49,795 bases of DNA from an uncultured Acidimicrobiaceae bacterium (GTDB taxonomy: Bacteria; Actinomycetota; Acidimicrobiia; Acidimicrobiales; RAAP-2): contig CAXBRB010000001.1 in NCBI GenBank assembly GCA_963977795.1, positions 1 through 49,795 on the forward strand, in the 5' to 3' direction. The notes beneath the pieces are model-generated. The model had not been told where the DNA came from. It made no database searches and worked only from the letters and a program-made list of their open reading frames with translations. This document shows, piece after piece, positions 8,929-15,858 of this stretch (the first letter of the stretch is position 1; every line of letters starts with the position of its first letter). The position numbers were made by a program, and so were the translations under genes.

Positions 8929-9911
8929 TCCGCCCCTGCCTCCTGCTGCAGCAGGCGCAGCGTGAGCTGGCTGTGGATGCGGGCCATGGCAGAACGGGAG
9001 ATCCGGTGGTCACGGACCCTCCGGTGGAAGTCGGCGGCGGTGTAGCCGACCACCGTCGATCGGACCCGTGCCCGGGCCGTGGCGGCGCGGGGCAGGTTGA
9101 GCAGGGGCGAGATCTCGCCGAAGTAGTCCCCCGGCACCGCGGTGGCCAGCAGGTCCGCCGGGCCGTCGCTGCGCTCGGCGACCAGCTCTATCTCCCCGTC
9201 CTCCACGACGTAGATCCGGTCCCCCCAGCTCCCCTGGCGGAAGAGGATCTCTCCTGCGTCCAGCTCGACCGGTGTCGGTGCCCCGTCGCTCCAGAGATCG
9301 GGGATGAGATCGATGACGTGGTCGGCGATGGCCTCCAGCCGCCGGTCGTCGGTGGCGACGACGACCGTCGTCGATCCGGAGGCGATGGACCGGGCACAGG
9401 CGGCGACGCCCTCGAGCTCGGTCTGGGGGATCCCCAGGGTGCAGTCGTCGACCACGATCAGTGCAGGCCCGCCGGCAGCAGCCAGCGCGGCGCGCAGGCA
9501 CCACGTCCGGCCTGCAGACAGGGAGTCCACCTGGGCCTCGCCGAAGGAGGCGAGCCCGGCCACGGAGAGCACCTCCTGCACGGCCGCGGACCCGTCTTCC
9601 GCCGTCGTACCGAGCACCGCGGCCACGGCGTCCTCGACCGATCGTCCAGGGCCGTCGGCGAGCGGAGGCAGGCCGTCGACCACCGCCGCTGCCCGGTCCC
9701 CGTCACCGCCGTCGACGTGCACGACCCCCGATGTCGGGGGGATCCGCCCGGTGATGCAGCCGAGCAGCGAGGTCTTGCCCGAGCCGGCGGGGCCGACCAC
9801 GACGACGAGCGAGCCCCGCGCCACGTCGGCCGAGACGCGGGAGACGGCCCGCACGACACGGCCGCCGGCTCCGAACTCGACGGTGACGTCTTCCAAGGTG
9901 AAGTGGGTCAC
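8925..9911 (-). CDS. ABC-type ATPase-like domain (degenerate catalytic motifs) fused to a cyclic-nucleotide-binding domain
   Basis: Walker A is GPAGSGKTS. The signature is LSAGRTW rather than LSGGQ. Walker B is LIVVDDCT, lacking the catalytic Glu. The H-loop position reads ATDD, lacking His. The C-terminal half has a canonical phosphate-binding cassette, YFGEISPLLNLPRAATARA. GTG start at 9911. Confidence 0.8.
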   Translation of the reverse strand: MTHFTLEDVTVEFGAGGRVVRAVSRVSADVARGSLVVVVGPAGSGKTSLLGCITGRIPPTSGVVHVDGGDGDRAAAVVDGLPPLADGPGRSVEDAVAAVLGTTAEDGSAAVQEVLSVAGLASFGEAQVDSLSAGRTWCLRAALAAAGGPALIVVDDCTLGIPQTELEGVAACARSIASGSTTVVVATDDRRLEAIADHVIDLIPDLWSDGAPTPVELDAGEILFRQGSWGDRIYVVEDGEIELVAERSDGPADLLATAVPGDYFGEISPLLNLPRAATARARVRSTVVGYTAADFHRRVRDHRISRSAMARIHSQLTLRLLQQEAGAD

Positions 9912-9933
9912 GTCCGGCACCCCGGAGGTCTGC

Positions 9934-10887
9934 TCACGACGAAGCCGCGGTCGGCGGACGGAGGGCGAGGTGCGACCTGGTGAGCCTGGTCTCCCGGAAC
10001 ACCGTGGTGAGCCGTCCGGCGGCCTGTGGCACGTCGACCACGTTGGCGGCACCGGCCCACAGAGCGGCCTTGAGCTGGAAGGGCCGGAGATGGGGGTGCT
10101 TCGACTTGATGAGGGCGGCGACACCGGAGATGTGGGGGGCGGCGTACGAGTTCCCCGTGGCGGTGATCCGGCCGCTGTCGCGCCAGCTGACCTCGATGTC
10201 CACGCCGGGGGCCAGGAACTCGGTCGGCGGCTCGGGGTTGAAGTGGTACCGGAGCGGGTCCTGGGACATGTTGCAGGCCACGCTGGCCACCGACGAGAAC
10301 AGGGACGGGTAGGTGTCCTTGGCCACGTTGGCGGCGGCGGTCACCACGAGGCTCCCGCTGAAGTAGGCGCGGTCGCACAGCTCGTGGAAGGCCAGCGCCC
10401 ACTCACGGCGGTTGGTGCCGAGGGAGAGGTTGATGACATCGAACCCGTTCTCGATGGCCCATTCCAGGCCGGCCAGGAAGGCGACGACCTTGCCGCCGAG
10501 CCGGGGTCCGAGGACCCGGACGCTGGTGATGGAGGCCTCTGGGGCGATCTGGTGCACGATCCCTGCACAGGCAGTGCCGTGCCCGAAGGCGTCGTCGTGC
10601 GGTCCGGGTGTGATCTGGACCTCGTCGTCGCCCTCCACCGTGATGTAGACACCGCCGGCGGCATCCACGACGTCGCCCAGATCGGGATGGTCGGCCTGGA
10701 TGCCGCTGTCGATGATGGCCACCCGGACGCCGGCCCCGGTGCTGCCGGCCCAAGCCCACTCCCGCGAGAGCGGATCGTTGCGGGCCAGGTCCGGCATCCG
10801 CAGCACGGTGGACTCCCGCGACCAAGCGGGGACGGGACCCTTCGGTCGGATCCGCTGCTCGTCGGCCGGTGTGGTGCCGTCAGGCAC
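9934..10887 (-). CDS. S8 family (subtilisin-like) serine peptidase with no recognisable signal peptide
   Basis: Catalytic triad contexts VAIIDSGI (Asp), FGHGTACAGIV (His) and GNSYAAPHISGVAALI (Ser). The GTG at 10887 overlaps the upstream GAF gene stop by 8 nt. An alternative ATG lies at 10797. The 11007 start would overlap the GAF gene by 128 nt. Confidence 0.85.
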   Translation of the reverse strand: MPDGTTPADEQRIRPKGPVPAWSRESTVLRMPDLARNDPLSREWAWAGSTGAGVRVAIIDSGIQADHPDLGDVVDAAGGVYITVEGDDEVQITPGPHDDAFGHGTACAGIVHQIAPEASITSVRVLGPRLGGKVVAFLAGLEWAIENGFDVINLSLGTNRREWALAFHELCDRAYFSGSLVVTAAANVAKDTYPSLFSSVASVACNMSQDPLRYHFNPEPPTEFLAPGVDIEVSWRDSGRITATGNSYAAPHISGVAALIKSKHPHLRPFQLKAALWAGAANVVDVPQAAGRLTTVFRETRLTRSHLALRPPTAASS

Positions 10888-11425
10888 TGGCCAGGAGTCG
10901 CTGGACGATGTCGGCCAGCAGTGGATACGAGGCCGGCTCCTGTTGGGCGACCCGGCGCAAGCCGTCGGCCAGGAGTTCCGGGGACGGAGGGGCCGGCGCT
11001 CCGGCATCGCCGTGCAGCGCGGCCCCGGCCACGTCGGCCAGGACCGCGGCCAGCTCGACGTCCTCGAAGGTGAACGGCGCCCCGCCGGCCTTGTCGACGA
11101 CCTGGAGGACGCCGACCGACTGGTCCAGGTGGGTGCACGGGATGCTCATCACCGTGGTGGGCACGGTCGGCAGCCATCGGTGGACCCCGTCGTGGAGGCG
11201 GTCGTCCGCCGAGGGGATGGCGACGGCCATCGGCTGCCCGGACGCGAAGGCGAAGCCGGCCGCACCGTCGTCGACGGAGACCCGGCGGCCTCGGATCGAG
11301 GCCGCACCGTGCTCGGCGACGACCTCGAGCTCGCTTTCACGGGCGCAGAGGATCCACCCTGACGCCGCACCGGTCGAGGTGACCGCCGCGTCGACGACGG
11401 CTTGCAGTGCGTGCTGTACGGCCAC
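10880..11425 (-). CDS. GAF domain-containing protein
   Basis: 181 aa with a GAF-like pattern (GWILCARESELEVVAEHG...GFAFASGQPMAV...MSIPC....SVGVLQVVDK....FTFEDVELAAVLADVAG). AGGAG lies 7-8 nt upstream of the GTG at 11425. Confidence 0.7.
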   Translation of the reverse strand: MAVQHALQAVVDAAVTSTGAASGWILCARESELEVVAEHGAASIRGRRVSVDDGAAGFAFASGQPMAVAIPSADDRLHDGVHRWLPTVPTTVMSIPCTHLDQSVGVLQVVDKAGGAPFTFEDVELAAVLADVAGAALHGDAGAPAPPSPELLADGLRRVAQQEPASYPLLADIVQRLLASA

Positions 11426-11445
11426 GGCGGGCTCCTAGGTTCGGC

Positions 11446-14400
11446 TCACGACGAGGGAGAGCGTAGTGGGGGGGTCGGATCCGCGTCGGCGGCGCCCGGC
11501 GGCGTCAACGGTTGGACCGGACGGGAGTGGCCGAGGGTCACCCGCCCGAGCCGCTGGGCCGAGCGGGGGATCACCACAGGTTCGGAACGGCCGGCCAGCG
11601 CGGCGGCGAGACTCGGGTGTGTGGCGCCCAGGGCGTGCACGGCATCGCCGTCGAGGACGAGGACCGGCAGGGCCTCAGTGGCGACGAGCACTGCCGGGCT
11701 GGCCGCACCGAGGAGCCCGGAGATGCCGAAGCAGGATCCTGCGGACAGCTCGCCCACAGCGACCGGCGCACCGGAGAAGTCCGGCTCCTGGATGGTGGCG
11801 CTCCCGTCCCGGATGAAGAGGATCACGGAGCCGTCATCGTCCTGGGCCGTGCCGGCCGGGAGCTCGTCGCTCCGCATGAGGGGCAGCAGGTCCTCGATGA
11901 CGTCGTCATCGAGAGAGGCGAAGATGGGGACGGATGCGAGCGCTGCACGAGCGTCATCTCGGATGGCGGGCGAGGCCCCGATCACCGACTGCTCGGACCA
12001 CAGGGTGGCGTACAGGCCGCCCAGCGCCAGCAGCTCGTCGTGTCGGCCCTGCTCGACCAGACGGCCGTCTTCCAGCACCACGATGCGGTCGTAGTCGGCG
12101 ATGGAGGCCAGCCGGTGCGAGACGGAGATGACCGTGCGCCCGCGCCCGGCATCGGCGAGGGTGGCGCTGATCAGTCGCTCGGTCCGGGCATCGAGCGCCG
12201 AGGTCGCCTCGTCGAGGATCAGGAGGTCGGGATCGCGGAGGAGCGCCCGGGCGAGTGCCAGGCGCTGACGCTGGCCTCCCGACAGGCGGCTCCCGTGCTC
12301 ACCGACCTCCGTCGAGACGCCGTCCGGCAGCTCGGACACGAATGCCCCCAGGTCCACGGCGGCGATCACCGCCTCGACCTCGGCATCGGTGGCGTCCGGT
12401 CGGCCCATGCGGATGTTCTCGGCGATGCTGGCGTTGAAGAGGAACGAGTCCTGTGCCACCAGACCGATGCGCCGCCGCCAGGACGAGACGTCCACCGTCC
12501 CGAGGTCGACGCCGTCGACCAGGATGCTCCCCAGGTCGGGCTGGTAGAAGCGGAGGAGCAGCTGCAGGATCGATGACTTGCCGGAGCCGGTCGGTCCGAC
12601 GATGGCCACCCGCTCCCCGACGGCGACACGGAAGGAGACGCCGTCGATGGTGGTGTGTCCGGCGCCGTAGGAGAAGGAGACGTCGCGGAGCTCGATGCCC
12701 TGACGGACGCCCTCCAGCGGCGGGAGGTCGACCTCGGGTTGCTCGAGCGGGGCCTCGAGGATCTCGTCGATCCGGCTGACGGCACCGGTCGATGCCTGGA
12801 ACTGCTGCCCGATGGTGGTGAGCTCGGTCACCGGCCCCATGGCCTCTGCGCTGACGGTCACGAAGGCGACCAGTCCTCCGACGGTGAGGTGGCCGTGGAA
12901 GACCAGCCAGGAGCCGATCAGCAGGATGACCAGACGGCTGAGGATGATGATCGAGCTCACCGAGAACTGGAAGTACCCACCGAAGAGCGCCAGCCGCACC
13001 TGCCGACGCACCAGTGACGACGAGGCCTCGTGCATCCGGTGGAGCTCCCGGTCCTCGAGGCCGAAGGCGCGGATCACGGCCCGGCCGACGTACCCCTCGG
13101 AGATGATGGCCAGGAGGCCGCCGGTCTCGGACTGGACCGCCAGGCTCCGCTCCTGGGCGCCTCGGGTCATGAGCCGGTAGACGACCGCCACCACGGGAAG
13201 CGAGGCGAGCGTGATGAGCCCGAGGACCGGATCGAGGGTCAGCATCACCACGGCCGAGACAGTCAGCGAGAGGACCTGGGCCACGCCGCCGCGCAGCGCC
13301 TGGGTCAGGCCCTGCTCGACCAGCTCGACATCGGAGAAGATGCGCGACAGCACGTCTCCCTGCTCGTGCTCCCCGAACCAGCCGAACGGGAGGTGCTGCA
13401 GGCGGTCGTACATCTGCGAGCGGATCTGACGGACGACGTCGGTGCTCACCACGGCGGCGAGGTACGTGCTCCGGAGCTGGGCCGCCATGGAGACGGCGAA
13501 GATGGCCAACAGGACGCCGATGACGGCCAGGACGTGACTGAACTGCCTGCTGGGGATGGCCGAATCGATCAGGGTGCGGAAGGCGAAGGGGAATGCCGCG
13601 ATGAAGGCCAGGCCCACGAGGGTGTAGCAGAAGAGCTCGAGCTCGCGGTACCAGTGGGGCCGGAGGTACGTGGAAGCGAGGTGCAGGAGGGACCGGCCGC
13701 CGCCGGGACCGGATGAGCCGGCGAGGTGGGAGCGCCATGCCGCCTCGAGGTCGGTGATCTCCTCCTGGCTGCCTCCCTCGGTGGTCGGCGCCAGGAGGAG
13801 GTGCTCGACGGCCTGGCGTCCGAGCCGCCCGACCATGTAGCTGACGAACGAGAGCTGCAGGGCCGCCCCGAGCTCGCCGCTCGCTTCGTCCCGTGCGGGG
13901 AGATCGGCGACCGTCCGGAGGGCCTCGGTCGGATCCTCGGATCCGGCCGCCCAGAGGCCGAAGGCCTCGAGCAGCGGACCTGACGTCGGCGGGGCTCCCA
14001 GCGCCGCTCCGGCGCACAGAGCGAGCGGCCGCTCGAGCGGATCGGGAGGTGCACCGCCGGCCACCACGGTCCAGACCGAGCACGACGCCGGATCCACCAC
14101 CGAGCCGTCGACCAGGATCTCATCAGGGTGGTGGGGATCGGCCGTCGGATCGATGAGGTGCACCGTCGGGATCCGCGTCCGGAGGCCACGCCCCAGGTCG
14201 CCGAGGCGCTCGACCGCCAGCTGGGCGCGCCTCGCCACATCGGCGACGACATGGGCACCGGGGCCGTCCGGATGGAAGCGGACGACCACGAAGGGTGTGA
14301 TTGCGGCCGCCATGGGCGGCCTTCCGTCCACGGCTGCATCGATGACGACGGTGGCCGCGCCGTTCCGCACCACGTCACCTGGTGCCACCGCCACCGGTCC

Positions 14401-14616
14401 GGGGGTGGGCACCCCGTTGACGGTGGTGTGACCCGGTTCCCCCTCCTCGGTGACGGCGAGACCCGTCGGCGTTACGTCGAAGCGCAGCCCGCGGTCCGCT
14501 GCCCGGTCCTCGGTGACGATGCGGCCGTCGGCGTCGAGGTCGAGGACGAAGGACCCGTCCACGCCGGTGTCCACCGTCGTCCCGTCCCCCGCCGAGTAGT
14601 AGAGCCGGTACTGCAT
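11446..14616 (-). CDS. Multidomain ABC exporter: FHA-like N-terminus, unknown ~220-aa region, type-I exporter TMD, canonical NBD, cNMP-binding-like C-terminus
   Basis: The TMD has six hydrophobic helices. The NBD carries GPTGSGKSS, LVAQDS, LSGGQRQR, LLILDEATSALD and SVSHR. The C-terminus reads PIFASLDDDVIEDLL...GSCFGISGLLGAASPAVLVA, a degenerate phosphate-binding cassette. The N-terminus reads ...HTTVNGVPT....V.PGDVVRNG.ATVVI, which is FHA-like. The ATG at 14616 shares one nucleotide with the kinase stop (TGATG). Confidence 0.85.
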   Translation of the reverse strand: MQYRLYYSAGDGTTVDTGVDGSFVLDLDADGRIVTEDRAADRGLRFDVTPTGLAVTEEGEPGHTTVNGVPTPGPVAVAPGDVVRNGAATVVIDAAVDGRPPMAAAITPFVVVRFHPDGPGAHVVADVARRAQLAVERLGDLGRGLRTRIPTVHLIDPTADPHHPDEILVDGSVVDPASCSVWTVVAGGAPPDPLERPLALCAGAALGAPPTSGPLLEAFGLWAAGSEDPTEALRTVADLPARDEASGELGAALQLSFVSYMVGRLGRQAVEHLLLAPTTEGGSQEEITDLEAAWRSHLAGSSGPGGGRSLLHLASTYLRPHWYRELELFCYTLVGLAFIAAFPFAFRTLIDSAIPSRQFSHVLAVIGVLLAIFAVSMAAQLRSTYLAAVVSTDVVRQIRSQMYDRLQHLPFGWFGEHEQGDVLSRIFSDVELVEQGLTQALRGGVAQVLSLTVSAVVMLTLDPVLGLITLASLPVVAVVYRLMTRGAQERSLAVQSETGGLLAIISEGYVGRAVIRAFGLEDRELHRMHEASSSLVRRQVRLALFGGYFQFSVSSIIILSRLVILLIGSWLVFHGHLTVGGLVAFVTVSAEAMGPVTELTTIGQQFQASTGAVSRIDEILEAPLEQPEVDLPPLEGVRQGIELRDVSFSYGAGHTTIDGVSFRVAVGERVAIVGPTGSGKSSILQLLLRFYQPDLGSILVDGVDLGTVDVSSWRRRIGLVAQDSFLFNASIAENIRMGRPDATDAEVEAVIAAVDLGAFVSELPDGVSTEVGEHGSRLSGGQRQRLALARALLRDPDLLILDEATSALDARTERLISATLADAGRGRTVISVSHRLASIADYDRIVVLEDGRLVEQGRHDELLALGGLYATLWSEQSVIGASPAIRDDARAALASVPIFASLDDDVIEDLLPLMRSDELPAGTAQDDDGSVILFIRDGSATIQEPDFSGAPVAVGELSAGSCFGISGLLGAASPAVLVATEALPVLVLDGDAVHALGATHPSLAAALAGRSEPVVIPRSAQRLGRVTLGHSRPVQPLTPPGAADADPTPPLRSPSS

Positions 14617-15674
14617 CACGGCACCTCTGTCCGGGCGCGTCGCTCGACGGCCGGTCCGGACCGTCGGGCCCGGCCGGGACGGTCGATTCGCCCCCAGCTG
14701 TGGGACGGCGCCTGGGGGTCGGACCTGCCGCCGGGACCTGGGTGGTGCTGGCGGGAGCCCCGCTCGGTCACGGCGACCAGCTCGGGAGCTCCGTGGATCG
14801 GCACATCCGTCGCTGAGAGCCATCCGGCACCCCAGGCGTCGGTCGCCGCGCTGGCGAGGGCCAGGCCGAACGCCATCGCCGAGCTCGGGCGATCGCGGTG
14901 GTCGGTGCGCAGACCGAGCATCACGACCTCGGCAACTGCCTCGGGAAGCTCCGGGTTCTTGGTGCGCAGCGGATCCGGCTGCTCGTAGGCGTGCTGGTAC
15001 AGCAGGTCCATCGGGTCTCCGGTCTCCTGGAACGGGAGCTCGCCGCACAGGAGCTCGTAGAGGACGGTGGCGGCGGCGTAGACGTCGGCGGCCGGGGTGA
15101 TCACACCGTTCCACGTCTGCTCGGGGGCGATGTAGGCCGGAGTCCCGACGATCTCGGACGCCTCCCCGCCTGACGCTGTCGATGTCTCCGTGGTGGTGGC
15201 GATGCCGAAGTCCGTGACCTTGAGGGTGCCGTGCTGGTTGAACAGGAGGTTCTCCGGCTTGATGTCCCGATGGAGGATGCCCCGTCCGTGCGCAGCGTCG
15301 AGCCCGGTCAGGCAGGCGAGGAGCAGCGCCACCGACGTGCGGGCCGTCAGCCCGGCATCGGCAAACCGGCTCCACAGGGAGCCGCCGGCCAGGTTCTCCA
15401 TGAGGAGGAGGAAGACGCCGTCGTGCTCGACGAAGTCGTAGACGGGGACGATGTGCGGATGGTCCACTGAGGCCAGCAGGGTCGCCTCCGCCACGAAGCG
15501 CTCCCGTGCGGCGTCGTCGGCGGCGAAGGCCCTCGGGAGGAACTTCACCGCGACCTCGCGTCCGAGCCGGTTGTGGCGGGCGGCCAGGACGACGCCGAGC
15601 CCCCCACGGCCGATCTCGCCGGTCACCTCGTAGCCCGGCAGCGCCGCGGCGACCAGGGGCCGGTCGAGCATCAC
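14616..15674 (-). CDS. Hanks-type Ser/Thr protein kinase, cytoplasmic, no TM segment
   Basis: GEIGRGGLGVV (P-loop), VAVK, HRDIKPENLL, DFG and GTPAYIAPE. GGGAGG lies 5 nt upstream of the start. The C-terminal ~75 aa are low-complexity. Confidence 0.9.
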   Translation of the reverse strand: MMLDRPLVAAALPGYEVTGEIGRGGLGVVLAARHNRLGREVAVKFLPRAFAADDAARERFVAEATLLASVDHPHIVPVYDFVEHDGVFLLLMENLAGGSLWSRFADAGLTARTSVALLLACLTGLDAAHGRGILHRDIKPENLLFNQHGTLKVTDFGIATTTETSTASGGEASEIVGTPAYIAPEQTWNGVITPAADVYAAATVLYELLCGELPFQETGDPMDLLYQHAYEQPDPLRTKNPELPEAVAEVVMLGLRTDHRDRPSSAMAFGLALASAATDAWGAGWLSATDVPIHGAPELVAVTERGSRQHHPGPGGRSDPQAPSHSWGRIDRPGRARRSGPAVERRARTEVP

Positions 15675-15858
15675 ACCACCTCCCGTTTGGTGCCATGACG
15701 CCCCTGCACGCGTCGACGGAACGGGCTCCCCGTGGCGTCGGGGGCGGACGACTTCCCGGTGCGCCAGCGACGCCGACTGCCGTGCACACGGGCCATCATG
15801 GTCCGCACTCTACGGCGCACCCGGGGTGCCGTTCAGGGTGGAAGGCGGCAACCCGGGA

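Noticed and set aside
11446-15789. Single 1447-aa ORF spanning the ABC exporter and the kinase region
   Set aside because: The N-terminal ~390 aa are Arg/Pro/Gly-rich and overlap, out of frame, a textbook Hanks kinase ORF (14616-15674). A Met/Val start at 14616/14619 that overlaps the kinase stop gives a coherent exporter. I also considered a frameshift that would fuse the kinase and the exporter, but the TGATG overlap is a normal coupling signal.
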